The notes: a model not told the origin generated them from the sequence alone. 64,000 bases of DNA from an uncultured Phascolarctobacterium sp. (GCA_947629685.1 CANREP010000001.1:113958-177957), one strand, 5' to 3'; shown: positions 26,348-35,509, counted from the first letter of the stretch. Numbers and translations: made by a program.

Positions 26348-28024
26348 ATGTATTCCGCAACAGACACCATCTGGGTACTTATCGGGGCGTTCATGGTCTT
26401 TGCCATGCAGCCCGGATTTGCTATGGTAGAAACTGGCTTTACCAGGGCGAAAAACGCCGGCAATATCGTCATGAAGAATTTCATGGATCTTGCTCTCGGC
26501 TCCATTGTTTTCTGGCTCGTAGGCTTCGGACTGATGTTCGGCAGCGATTTTCAAGGCCTGCTCGGCAAACCAGATTTTTTTATTTTGAATGATTACGGCG
26601 CTTCGTTTCCGTCCATGGCATTCGTCATCTTTCAGACGGTATTCTGCGCTACAGCAGCAACTATTGTTTCCGGCGCCATGGCCGAGCGCACTAAATTTTC
26701 CGTCTACTGTCTTTACAGCATCATCATCAGCGCTTTAATCTACCCTGTATCGGGTCATTGGATCTGGGGCGGCGGCTGGCTTTCCCAGCTCGGCTTCCAC
26801 GATTTTGCCGGTTCCACAGCCGTGCATATGGTCGGCGGCATCGCTGCCTTAGTCGGCGCTAAGCTGCTTGGCCCGCGAATCGGCAAATATAATTCCGACG
26901 GCACCGTCAACGCTATCCCCGGCCACAGCCTCACCCTCGGCGCACTGGGCGTATTCCTGCTGTGGTTTGGCTGGTTTGGCTTCAACGGCTGTTCCACTGT
27001 CTGTGCTACCGGCGACAGCGCTCTGATGTCCATGTCTAAAATATTCGTCACTACCAATATGGCTGCTGCAGCCGGAGCTACTGCGACTATGTTCTATACC
27101 TGGGCCCGTTACGGCAAGCCGGATGTCTCCATGACACTCAACGGCGCTTTGGCAGGCCTGGTAGGTATCACAGCCGGCTGTGATATGGTCAGCATCGCCG
27201 GCGCTTTCTGTATCGGCTCCTTAGCCGGCATCCTGGTAGTCATAGCGGTAGAATTTTTCGACCAGAAGCTTAAAATTGACGACCCTGTCGGAGCCATCTC
27301 CGTACACGGCGTCTGCGGCGCATTCGGCACCGTCTGCGTAGGCCTCTTTGCCGAAGACGGCGGCCTGTTCTACTCCGGCTCTGCCGGCCTGCTGCTGACT
27401 CAGCTGACCGGCATCATTGCCGTTGCTGCTTATGCCTTAATCACCATGACCATCCTTTTTAAATTATTGGATAAAACTATCGGTCTGCGCGTATCGCCCC
27501 AGGAAGAAATTGCCGGCCTTGACATGGAAGAACATGGCCTGGCCAGCAGCTACGCCGACTTTATGCCGGTAACAGAATACCTACCTCATTCCCACCCTGC
27601 CGACTATGAGCCTGTCACCTTTACTAAATCCGCTTCCGCCAAAGGCAAGATCAAAATGAGCAAGGTAGTCATCATCACTTCGCAGAACCGTTTTGAAGCC
27701 TTGAAAACTGCTTTGGACAAATTGGGCGTCACAGGCATGACTGTCACTAAGGTACTGGGCTACGGCATCCAAAAAGGCCGGACCGAAATGTATCGCGGTG
27801 CGGAAGTAGCGGCTTACCTGCTGCCGAAAATCAAAGTAGAGCTGGTAGTTTCCGCTCTGCCAGTCGAAACAGTGATTGCTACCGCCAAGCAAGTGCTTTT
27901 TACCGGCAGATACGGGGACGGAAAAATCTTCGTTTACGATGTTGAAGACGTCGTCAAGATCAGAACCGGCGAAAGCGGCTTCGACGCATTACAGGATCTG
28001 CCTTTGGAAAATGCTGGAAGCTGA
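26348..28024 (+). CDS. amt: ammonium transporter (Amt) fused to a C-terminal P-II (GlnB/GlnK) domain
   Basis: The Amt core has AMQPGFAMVETG and SGHWIWGGGWL..GFHDFAGS.VH. A linker of about 35 aa follows, then a complete P-II domain. The ATG at 26348 has SD GGGAGGG; the longest ORF starts at 26288. Confidence 0.85.
   Translation: MYSATDTIWVLIGAFMVFAMQPGFAMVETGFTRAKNAGNIVMKNFMDLALGSIVFWLVGFGLMFGSDFQGLLGKPDFFILNDYGASFPSMAFVIFQTVFCATAATIVSGAMAERTKFSVYCLYSIIISALIYPVSGHWIWGGGWLSQLGFHDFAGSTAVHMVGGIAALVGAKLLGPRIGKYNSDGTVNAIPGHSLTLGALGVFLLWFGWFGFNGCSTVCATGDSALMSMSKIFVTTNMAAAAGATATMFYTWARYGKPDVSMTLNGALAGLVGITAGCDMVSIAGAFCIGSLAGILVVIAVEFFDQKLKIDDPVGAISVHGVCGAFGTVCVGLFAEDGGLFYSGSAGLLLTQLTGIIAVAAYALITMTILFKLLDKTIGLRVSPQEEIAGLDMEEHGLASSYADFMPVTEYLPHSHPADYEPVTFTKSASAKGKIKMSKVVIITSQNRFEALKTALDKLGVTGMTVTKVLGYGIQKGRTEMYRGAEVAAYLLPKIKVELVVSALPVETVIATAKQVLFTGRYGDGKIFVYDVEDVVKIRTGESGFDALQDLPLENAGS
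27656..28024 (+). other. glnK: P-II signal-transduction domain within the amt ORF (internal in-frame ATG at 27656)
   Basis: MSKVVIITSQNRFEALKTALDKLGVTGMTVTKVLGYGIQKGRTEMYRGAEVAAYLLPKIKVELVV...GDGKIFVYDVEDVVKIRTGE aligns residue for residue with GlnB/GlnK. T-loop Tyr51 is replaced by Val. Confidence 0.85.
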
Positions 28025-28171
28025 TTGCCGCATCGGCAAAAATATGGTCAATAATTACAGCTTTTTTGCCTGTCCTAATCTCCTGCCTAAAATTTTTTCT
28101 ATACGCAGCTATCAGCGCCGCCATTTTATGATAATATTATCTGTAAGAATATTCGTAACTAAGAGGTACCT

Positions 28172-28864
28172 ATGCACATTTATGCTATCGGTGATTTGCA
28201 CCTTTCCGGCAACCCTCCCAGCAAGCCTATGGAAATTTTCGGCAAGCACTGGGCCGGCCACAAAGAAAAAATCAGAGCTAACTGGCTGCAGACTGTTACA
28301 GCCGCGGACACAGTAATCATCTGCGGCGACATCTCCTGGGCGCTGCAGCTTGAAGAAGCCAAAAGCGACCTGCACTGGCTCGCTGAGCTGCCGGGCGAAA
28401 AAATACTGCTGCGCGGCAATCACGATTACTGGTGGACAAGCCTGAAAAAAATGCAGCAGTTTACCGAAAATCGTTTCCGTTTCTTACAGAACAACTGCCT
28501 GCTGGCAGGCGGCACCGCTGTCTGCGGTACGCGCGGCTGGCTCTTGCCGTCTTCCGACAATTTTACTCCTGCTGACGAAAAAATCTACCAGCGCGAAAGC
28601 ATCCGGCTGGAGCTTTCTCTCCAGGCAGCGGCAGCTCAGCAGGCCGACCGCATCATCTGCGTCTTGCATTATCCGCCTCTTTTTGCCGCCGACGAACATA
28701 CGCTTTTTACTGACCTAATGGAAAAATATCCTGTCAGCCACTGCGTTTATGGCCATATCCACGGCGAAAACCATATTTCTGTTTTTGAAGGCCAGCGTGC
28801 AGGCATCTGCTATAAACTGGTTTCCTGCGACACCCAGCAATTTCAGCTGTATCAAATACTGTAA
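28172..28864 (+). CDS. metallophosphoesterase family protein
   Basis: 230 aa with the calcineurin-like motifs IGDLH, GDISW, GNHDYWW and GHIH. Confidence 0.8.
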   Translation: MHIYAIGDLHLSGNPPSKPMEIFGKHWAGHKEKIRANWLQTVTAADTVIICGDISWALQLEEAKSDLHWLAELPGEKILLRGNHDYWWTSLKKMQQFTENRFRFLQNNCLLAGGTAVCGTRGWLLPSSDNFTPADEKIYQRESIRLELSLQAAAAQQADRIICVLHYPPLFAADEHTLFTDLMEKYPVSHCVYGHIHGENHISVFEGQRAGICYKLVSCDTQQFQLYQIL

Positions 28865-28910
28865 AAAAGCTCTCCATAGCCAGTTAAACGACTATGGAGA
28901 GCTTTTTCTT
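28863..28910. terminator. bidirectional intrinsic terminator
   Basis: 14-bp stem AAAGCTCTCCATAG/CTATGGAGAGCTTT flanked by A- and T-runs, between convergent genes. Confidence 0.85.
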
Positions 28911-29797
28911 TAGAGGATGTAATAAAATGATGAAAACCCCGCTACAAGGCCTTCATGATGCGAAAAAGAGACTGTATCCGTAAATTCTATATTGCCGCCG
29001 CTGAGCAGCACACCGCCGATACTGCAGCCGCGCCCCACCCTGATGCCTTTGCGTGACAGCAGCAGGGCCTGCGGCATTCTGACATTATCGCCTATTATAA
29101 TTTGTTTTTCTGAAAGCAGTACGATTTGATCCGTAAATTCACAGCCGTCAGCCACCGAGATAGTGCCCTGGGCGGCGATAAGGCCGCTGCCGGCCACTTT
29201 CATCCCGCCGGTAAAACTCAAACCTCTGTAATCATCCAGATAATAAAATCGTCTGCTCAAGCCGTCCAGCCGCAGCGTCTCCATGGGCAATTCGCCGATA
29301 GCCTGGTAAGCGAAAGCTTCTGCCGCCGGAAACATTACTTCCCTGCCGCCTGCATATAGCGTTTCCGGCGGCAGAAACTCCGCCCCTATTACCGACGCAC
29401 CGCTGATGATGCCGCAGGCACGCGCCTGCTGTTGGACGCTTTCCGGCAGAGAAAAATAAGCCTGCCTGAGCCGCTGCCGCAGTTCGCCGCACTCTGCCGT
29501 AATTTCCGTATAGCGGACACACTGGTCTTCGCTAATCTTTACCTTACTGCTGACTGCAGCAGCGGCGTCTCCAAGATAAAAACTTGCCGTAAATACTTTA
29601 TTGCCGTCCCGGCAACTTTCTTCTGCCAGATTTTCCATAGCTGAAAAGCACAGTAATCTCAGCTGTTCAGCACGAATCTGCTGCTGGTGTTTTTCGTATT
29701 CCCGCCCTGCATAAAGATAAAACAGCTGAGCTGCCAGCAACAGCAGCATACCTGTTATCAGCAGAGACAAAGAAACGCTGCCCCGTTTACGCTGCAT
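28910..29797 (-). CDS. hypothetical membrane-anchored protein, last gene of the pseudopilus operon (ComGG position)
   Basis: 295 aa. N-terminal TM segment (SLSLLITGMLLLLAAQLFYLY) without the G/F...E5 prepilin motif. The C-terminal ~110 aa have short repeated beta-strand-like units (GTISVADGCEF, IIIGDNVRM, GIRVGRGCSIGGVLLSGGNIEF). Confidence 0.5.
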   Translation of the reverse strand: MQRKRGSVSLSLLITGMLLLLAAQLFYLYAGREYEKHQQQIRAEQLRLLCFSAMENLAEESCRDGNKVFTASFYLGDAAAAVSSKVKISEDQCVRYTEITAECGELRQRLRQAYFSLPESVQQQARACGIISGASVIGAEFLPPETLYAGGREVMFPAAEAFAYQAIGELPMETLRLDGLSRRFYYLDDYRGLSFTGGMKVAGSGLIAAQGTISVADGCEFTDQIVLLSEKQIIIGDNVRMPQALLLSRKGIRVGRGCSIGGVLLSGGNIEFTDTVSFSHHEGLVAGFSSFYYIL

Positions 29798-30317
29798 CCT
29801 GTACCTTTCCGTTCAGACAATAAAACAAGCGCTTAAAATGCTGCCGCCGCGTCTGCTTTTGCAGGGTAAATTCCACCTTCAGCGTCCTGTCATCAACTTT
29901 CTGTACCTGCCAGTCCATGACCTTGCAGTCAGGAATATACAGCGGATTTTTACCCTTGGTACCGGCAGTCTGCGTCTGCTTATACAGCCCGTTATTTTCC
30001 AGCGTATAAAGATAGCTTTTGCCTCCGAATACTGTCCGGCAACCGACTTTTGCTGCACCCCTGAAATCTTTGCTGACAGTAATCAAGACGCTGTCATACG
30101 TCAAGTCCTTTTCCAGTACGCTCAGCATATATCTGCCTGCATCCTGCAGCTGGATATCCAGCACCGCCTTCCGGCAATTTTGCCAAACAGTGACGCTGCT
30201 GCCATAAATCAATACCATTAGCAGTGCGGCTGCTGCCAGACTGAGCTGCAGTTCCGCTATAAGAAAGCCTTGCTTATTTTTCCAATCGCACCAGATTGCA
30301 GCAAATTTTTCCTTCAT
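29787..30317 (-). CDS. minor pseudopilin-like protein
   Basis: 176 aa with a prepilin-type N-terminus KQG/FLIAELQLSLAAAALLMVL (Glu at +5). Confidence 0.6.
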   Translation of the reverse strand: MKEKFAAIWCDWKNKQGFLIAELQLSLAAAALLMVLIYGSSVTVWQNCRKAVLDIQLQDAGRYMLSVLEKDLTYDSVLITVSKDFRGAAKVGCRTVFGGKSYLYTLENNGLYKQTQTAGTKGKNPLYIPDCKVMDWQVQKVDDRTLKVEFTLQKQTRRQHFKRLFYCLNGKVQDAA

Positions 30318-30570
30318 GATTTAATATCTGTACTTCTTTCATTATTTTTCCCTGGTCTGCACTGATATTTTCCCTTATCTGCCAGCCGTCAGCAGTCTCG
30401 CCTGTAAAAAGCTCCAGCTGCCCTGCCTGCCAAGCGTTTTCCAACTGCTGTCTGCGCTGCAGCAGCCTGATGCCGCTGCCATACAGCTTCAGTGCTCCCA
30501 TCAGCAGGATGCCCGTCAGCAGGAAGACAGCCGCCGTCTCGATTAAAAGAAACCCTTTACTGTTCTTCAC
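30274..30570 (-). CDS. minor pseudopilin-like protein
   Basis: 98 aa. MKNSKG/FLLIETAAVFLLTGILLMG is a canonical prepilin cleavage/methylation motif. Confidence 0.65.
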   Translation of the reverse strand: MKNSKGFLLIETAAVFLLTGILLMGALKLYGSGIRLLQRRQQLENAWQAGQLELFTGETADGWQIRENISADQGKIMKEVQILNHEGKICCNLVRLEK

Positions 30571-31063
30571 TCACGATCACCCTCCCCGTCACCGGCTGGA
30601 CAGATAAAATACAGCTTGCCTTAAACAGTTTCTGATGCGTGAGAACGATATTCCCGGTCAGCGACGGACTGCCGGTATTGGTATACTGCACATACGCCAG
30701 CTTGTTGTCCACCCTCACATCACCGCAGCCAAAATCGCTGAAATAAATGCGTCTGACGATTTTCCTGTCCACATAAAATGCGTAACCGCTTTTATCAGTC
30801 ATAAACTTAATCTGCCTGTTCAAAATACCATCGTCAAACAGAGATTGCCGCTGCAGCAGCCTGATATCGGCAGACAGTATTTCTGCCGCCTGTCTCAGCT
30901 GCTGCTGATGATAATAATGCTGCCAGCCGCTGCCGCCTGTCACCAGCAAGGCTACAGCTAATCCCAGCAGAAAGCAGCCTGCCAGGACGTCTGTCAAGAT
31001 AAAGCCGCCCTTATTGCTGCACCGCTTTGCTGCCGCTGGAAATGACCTCATTGCAGGAAGCAT
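30557..31063 (-). CDS. minor pseudopilin-like protein (ComGD/GspH-like)
   Basis: 168 aa with ...NKGG/FILTDVLAGCFLLGLAVALLV (Asp instead of Glu at +5). The start is either ATG 31063 or 31051, both overlapping the comGC-like 3' end. Confidence 0.55.
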   Translation of the reverse strand: MLPAMRSFPAAAKRCSNKGGFILTDVLAGCFLLGLAVALLVTGGSGWQHYYHQQQLRQAAEILSADIRLLQRQSLFDDGILNRQIKFMTDKSGYAFYVDRKIVRRIYFSDFGCGDVRVDNKLAYVQYTNTGSPSLTGNIVLTHQKLFKASCILSVQPVTGRVIVSEEQ

Positions 31064-31388
31064 TTTTACCTTTCAGCGTATAGGTGAGTCCGTCGCTTTC
31101 CACCGTATAAGTCAGCTCCTCATTAAGAGCATCCTTGAAAGCGCTGCCTTTGGCCAAATAGCTGCCGTCCAGTTCCGTCAAGCCCTCCGGCAGCGTGCCA
31201 TTTTCCAGCTTATACAGCTGCAAGGCCTGGTCTACAGCAGCCAGATCATTTTTCAGTTTGGCATTCTTGACCTTCTCGTTAGCGCCTTCCAGCGAAGGCA
31301 TCAGCATCGTCAGCAGCACGCCTAAAAGGGCGGCTGCCGCCACAATCTCTATCAGGGTAAAACCTCCCTGTTTTCCTCCTCTGTGCAT
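31011..31388 (-). CDS. comGC: major pseudopilin (ComGC / T2SS protein G family)
   Basis: MHRGGKQGG/FTLIEIVAAAALLGVLLTML, prepilin-type N-terminal methylation domain. The ATG at 31388 has SD AGGAG; the longest ORF starts at 31436. Confidence 0.8.
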   Translation of the reverse strand: MHRGGKQGGFTLIEIVAAAALLGVLLTMLMPSLEGANEKVKNAKLKNDLAAVDQALQLYKLENGTLPEGLTELDGSYLAKGSAFKDALNEELTYTVESDGLTYTLKGKNASCNEVISSGSKAVQQ

Positions 31389-31401
31389 TCTTCCATCTCC
31401 T

Positions 31402-32604
31402 TCATTCATATTCAGGCAAGGCTGTAAATAAATCAAACAGCGGCCCCATTACCGAACATACTACCAGAGCCGTCAGTAAAGCTGCCACCAGCAGCAGCGC
31501 AGGCGCTAAAAGCTCTCGGAGGCGTTCCAGCCTGTCTTTAAAATCCTGTTCCAAAATATCGGCTGCTTCTGTCAGCATATGCGGCAGCTGCCCGGTAGCT
31601 GCTCCCACTGCGATAAACTCCCTTGTCAGCGGCGAAAAGATACCGGCGGCCCTTTGAGCTGCGGTGCCGATTTCTACACCCCGCAGCAGGCTCTGCCGGA
31701 AAAGATGCAGCTGCGCCTGCCGCCGCTCATCAGTCAATACTCTGCCTGCTTCCTCTACCGCTGCCGTAATATTCAAACCGCTGTTTAAAAGTAAGGCCAA
31801 AAGCTTGCAGAAACGAATCTCCTGCGTCAACCCGTAAATACCTTGCAACACCGGCAAATGCAACAGACACCCCTGTAAAGCCTGCCTGTACTGATACAGC
31901 ATCACGGCAAAGCAAAATGCAGCTGCAGCCGCCAGCAGGCAATTATCTGCAAGAAATCCGTTCAGCCAAAGCACCCAGCACAGAAAACTATCCGGCTGCG
32001 TCTGCATGGAAGTATAGACCCCGGCTAGCTGCGGCAGCACATACAGTAAAAAGAAAAGAGAAACCGCTGCTGTTGCCGTCAGTAAAAATACAGGATAAGC
32101 CGCTGCCTTATAAAGAAAACTTTTCAGCTCCTGCTGTCTGGCATAATACCCGGCAGCCGCCTCTAAGACGCGCTGCAGTTCGCCGCCGCTTTCACCGGCG
32201 GCAGTCAGCGTAACTGCCAGCGGCGGGAAAAAAACGCTGTCGCACGCCATCGCCTCATGCAGCGTACTGCCGGCGCGCAGTCTTTCCTGCAGCCGCTCGC
32301 AAACCAGTCCCAGCTCTTTACTCCAGCGCTGCCGCAATATTTCTATTCCCTGCAAAAGAGGTATCCCACTGCCCAAAATCACCGCCAGCTGTTTAAAAAA
32401 CACTATGCGCTGCCTGTCTGTAAACTTTCTGCCGCCGCACAGCTTTCTAAATACGCTGTCCTGCCGGCAGCGCTGTAATGCAACCACATAACCATACCGG
32501 CTCCGCAGCATTTCTGCCGCTTCTGCGCAGGATGCCGCCTCCATCCTGCCGCTGAAATATCTGCCTGCCGCACTGCGTGCCTTCCATGCATACAGAGCTA
32601 TCAT
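31402..32604 (-). CDS. comGB: type II secretion system F family platform protein (ComGB/PilC-like)
   Basis: 400 aa with two T2SS-F repeats (...F.KQLAVILGSGIPLLQGIEIL... and ...FCKLLALLLNSGLNITAAVEEA...) and three hydrophobic segments. Confidence 0.8.
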   Translation of the reverse strand: MIALYAWKARSAAGRYFSGRMEAASCAEAAEMLRSRYGYVVALQRCRQDSVFRKLCGGRKFTDRQRIVFFKQLAVILGSGIPLLQGIEILRQRWSKELGLVCERLQERLRAGSTLHEAMACDSVFFPPLAVTLTAAGESGGELQRVLEAAAGYYARQQELKSFLYKAAAYPVFLLTATAAVSLFFLLYVLPQLAGVYTSMQTQPDSFLCWVLWLNGFLADNCLLAAAAAFCFAVMLYQYRQALQGCLLHLPVLQGIYGLTQEIRFCKLLALLLNSGLNITAAVEEAGRVLTDERRQAQLHLFRQSLLRGVEIGTAAQRAAGIFSPLTREFIAVGAATGQLPHMLTEAADILEQDFKDRLERLRELLAPALLLVAALLTALVVCSVMGPLFDLFTALPEYE

Positions 32605-32745
32605 TATCCCCTCCCCGCTTGAACAAACATTCTACAAGCGCACTTTTTTACCTGTACCTCTCCGCCACATCTGTGAAGAAATATTGTCCAAATAGTGAAT
32701 ACTGGTCAGTCAGCTTGTACAGCCCGTTCCGCCGCTTGACACTGT

Positions 32746-32774
32746 CTCAGCCCCCTCTTATACTTATAAACAGG
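32746..32774 (+). promoter_or_regulatory. sigma-70-type promoter
   Basis: TTGACA (32746-51), 17 nt, TATACT (32769-74), 50 nt upstream of the 32824 ORF. Confidence 0.45.
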
Positions 32775-32823
32775 ATATCCAACACATTTCCTATTATCTC
32801 AACAAAGGTTATGGTACTTCACT

Positions 32824-33462
32824 ATGAAAATCATTCTCAGCCTCCTGCTGAGCCTGCTGCTTGTATCCTCTGCGGCCTTTGCCGCCGACGACGACCGCTG
32901 GCTGCTGGCAGGTAAAGATTCTCCCAATAATAATGCCTGGTACATCGACAGCAGGACCTTAAAAATCCATGAGAACAGCACTGTACTTTTCTGGGCCAAG
33001 GTCATGCTCGGCGACCCCAAATACGATATTACGGAAATCAAGATAAAATATCTGCTCTCTGCTGACCGCCTGCAGCTGACCAAGCTGGTGGAAATAGGTT
33101 ACAGCAAGACCGGCGAAACCATCTGGAACAACAACGTCTCTAAGACTATTTCCGTTATTCCCGGTTCCGGCCCGGAAAAGCTCGTACTTTTTGTAGACGA
33201 TTTTATCCAGAAGCAGGAAGCCGAAAAAGCAAAGGTCAAGACGGCTGAAAAACAAGCCGAAACGCCAGCTGCGTCTAAAGACGTCAAACAGCAGCCTGCT
33301 GCAGAGCCAACTGCCGCCCCAAAAACGGAGCCGCAGCCTATTTCCGGCCAGCCGACGATAAAGGCCGCTGCCGCAGCCATCCAGCAGGCGGATAAACCTG
33401 CCGTTACTAATAAAAAAGCAGAAACTGACAGCAAACATACTGTTCCTGCTGCCACAACATAA
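32824..33462 (+). CDS. secreted hypothetical protein with a low-complexity Ala/Pro/Lys-rich C-terminus
   Basis: 212 aa with a signal peptide MKIILSLLLSLLLVSSAAFA/ADD. I recognise no family and the SD is weak. Confidence 0.55.
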   Translation: MKIILSLLLSLLLVSSAAFAADDDRWLLAGKDSPNNNAWYIDSRTLKIHENSTVLFWAKVMLGDPKYDITEIKIKYLLSADRLQLTKLVEIGYSKTGETIWNNNVSKTISVIPGSGPEKLVLFVDDFIQKQEAEKAKVKTAEKQAETPAASKDVKQQPAAEPTAAPKTEPQPISGQPTIKAAAAAIQQADKPAVTNKKAETDSKHTVPAATT

Positions 33463-33491
33463 AACCTGGCAGCTCACAAGCCAAAAAGAAA

Positions 33492-33523
33492 CGGCTATAC
33501 TGTCAAACAATATAGCTGTTTTT
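33492..33523 (+). terminator. intrinsic terminator (first of two)
   Basis: CGGCTATA-loop-TATAGCTG followed by TTTTT. Confidence 0.5.
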
Positions 33524-33530
33524 GCATACG

Positions 33531-33570
33531 AAAAGCCGGTAACCACAATCCTGCGGTTACCGGCTTTTTT
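33531..33570. terminator. bidirectional intrinsic terminator
   Basis: AAAAGCCGGTAACC-loop-GGTTACCGGCTTTTTT between convergent genes. Confidence 0.8.
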
Positions 33571-33624
33571 ACTGTCCGATCCTAATATGCTCTTCATATC
33601 CTGCTTCAGGCCACCATTCAACAG

Positions 33625-34188
33625 CTACGCGCCGCAAACACTGCCGCACATAATCTTCTGAAAACGAAAATACGCATCCGTACCAATATCTCCATTCTCA
33701 GTGTTTTTTGCCTGCAGCATCCGGCTATCGGGATGATGTCTGTTAAAAAATTCTACAATATGAAAGCCGCATTTATTCACATAAAAATGAATATTGCGTT
33801 CTTCAAAATAAGGCGTTACCGTTTCCCAGACCGCCGTTGCCGGATAACGGGCTTCAATGGCATTCCAGGCGGCCAGGCCAAGGCCCCGGCCATGATATTC
33901 CGGCGAGATAAAAAATAAATCCAGCGCATTATGCCGGGTAGCATTATCTATCATCAGTACTGCTCCGCCTATACGCCGTCCATTATACACAAGATGATAT
34001 ACTTCAGACTTTTCGTCATAAAGCGACGCTTTCACATCGCTTTCAGCAGGAACAGGCTCATTTATGCCAAACTTTTCCCTAACGGCAACGGAAAATGCCT
34101 CCTGCAATTTTGCTGTAAACAAGGAAAACTCTTCCGGGAACACTTTTTCAAGTACTACATTACTATTAACCGCCACAGTCAGCACCAC
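33625..34188 (-). CDS. GNAT-family N-acetyltransferase
   Basis: 187 aa with the acetyl-CoA motif ...FISPEYHGRGLGLAAWNAIE. Confidence 0.75.
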   Translation of the reverse strand: MVLTVAVNSNVVLEKVFPEEFSLFTAKLQEAFSVAVREKFGINEPVPAESDVKASLYDEKSEVYHLVYNGRRIGGAVLMIDNATRHNALDLFFISPEYHGRGLGLAAWNAIEARYPATAVWETVTPYFEERNIHFYVNKCGFHIVEFFNRHHPDSRMLQAKNTENGDIGTDAYFRFQKIMCGSVCGA

Positions 34189-34208
34189 TTTCCTACCAAT
34201 ATGACTCC

Positions 34209-35411
34209 TTATACCGCCTCTGCCGATTGCCTGCCCTCGTTACGATGCCGTATGAATACAGCGGCGCTGATCAGCAGCAGGCAGACGCCGCCTACATAAA
34301 ATACTGTTTTCAGCGGCCAATAGGTAGCCAGCGCGCCGCCTGCCAAAGGACCTACCATGGAGCCCATCTGCTGGGCAGAAAACATAAAGCCGAAGATCCT
34401 GCCGCGCTGGCTGTGCTTGGTCTTATTGGTAAGGATTGCGCTGATTGAAGGATTGATACCGGCAAAAAACATACCTACGACAAAATTAACGATAGCAAAA
34501 TTCCACAGCGATTCCGGCATGGCAGTACAAATCATGGCGATGCCGGAAAGCGCCGCCGCGATATACAGCGAGCAGTAAAAGCCTCTGCGCTGCCCAAAGC
34601 GTCCCCAGAAAGGCGCCGTTATAGCGCTTGCCACACCTACCAGGGAAAATACCAGCCCGGACATAAAGATAATATTATCCATACTGTGATTAAGCTCCGC
34701 CACATACAGGCTTAGTATCGGCTGAATCAGAAGGATGACCATCTGCACCACGCCGGCATATAAAAGCGTTTCCGTAATTGCCGGCTGCCGCAGCAGTTCC
34801 ATATTGCTTTCCTCCGGCTGGCCGGCATCATTTTTACTTTTAGGCGGCTCTGGAATATATACATAAAAGACCAGTGTAATAATCAAAAGCATGATGCCGC
34901 CAAAATAAAAAGACGCGCGCATACCGAACACCGAGGCCAGCAGTCCGCCTATCAGCGGCCCCACTACATTGCCTACGGTCAGCCCGGACTGCAGGATACC
35001 AAGACTTACACCCAGCTTATCGATCGGCACGCTGGAAGTAGCAATAGCCAGGCATACAGACCATAGTCCTGCGGCAAAACCATGCAGTACCCGCACACAA
35101 AACATCTGCTCCGGCGAAGTAACTACTGCCCCCAACAGATATACGATGGCCAAACCCAGACCGGAACGGATGGCCATCAGCTTCTTACCTTTTTTATCAG
35201 CCATCTTGCCCCAGATAGGCGACATAATACCGCCTATCAGGAAAGTAACGGAAAAAATAGCGCCGGACCACATTTTTACATCCGCCTGCGAAACTCCCAG
35301 CTCTTTAATCAGATACATGGGCAAAAACGGTATCAGCATCGTATAGCTGGCCGACATAAAAACCACATTGGTTGTCAGTATAGCTAAAACAATTTTCCAG
35401 TTTTTCATCAT
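34209..35411 (-). CDS. MFS transporter (12-TM, drug:H+ antiporter-like)
   Basis: 400 aa with about 12 hydrophobic segments and the MFS loop motif GKMADKKGKK between TM2 and TM3. Confidence 0.8.
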   Translation of the reverse strand: MMKNWKIVLAILTTNVVFMSASYTMLIPFLPMYLIKELGVSQADVKMWSGAIFSVTFLIGGIMSPIWGKMADKKGKKLMAIRSGLGLAIVYLLGAVVTSPEQMFCVRVLHGFAAGLWSVCLAIATSSVPIDKLGVSLGILQSGLTVGNVVGPLIGGLLASVFGMRASFYFGGIMLLIITLVFYVYIPEPPKSKNDAGQPEESNMELLRQPAITETLLYAGVVQMVILLIQPILSLYVAELNHSMDNIIFMSGLVFSLVGVASAITAPFWGRFGQRRGFYCSLYIAAALSGIAMICTAMPESLWNFAIVNFVVGMFFAGINPSISAILTNKTKHSQRGRIFGFMFSAQQMGSMVGPLAGGALATYWPLKTVFYVGGVCLLLISAAVFIRHRNEGRQSAEAV

Positions 35412-35509
35412 CGTGCTTCTTTCTTAATCTTCATAATTTAAAACAGACTCGCGCAAAAAAATATGTTAAATATTATAGCAAAATATATTTTATTAGTAAA
35501 CAAGCCCCT

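Noticed and set aside
32605-32823. Looked for a degraded comGA/gspE ATPase remnant upstream of the platform gene.
   Set aside because: No frame gives Walker A/B or any ATPase-like peptide. The two listed ORFs (32577..32915 plus strand, 32799..33083 minus strand) are low-complexity and overlap better-supported features.
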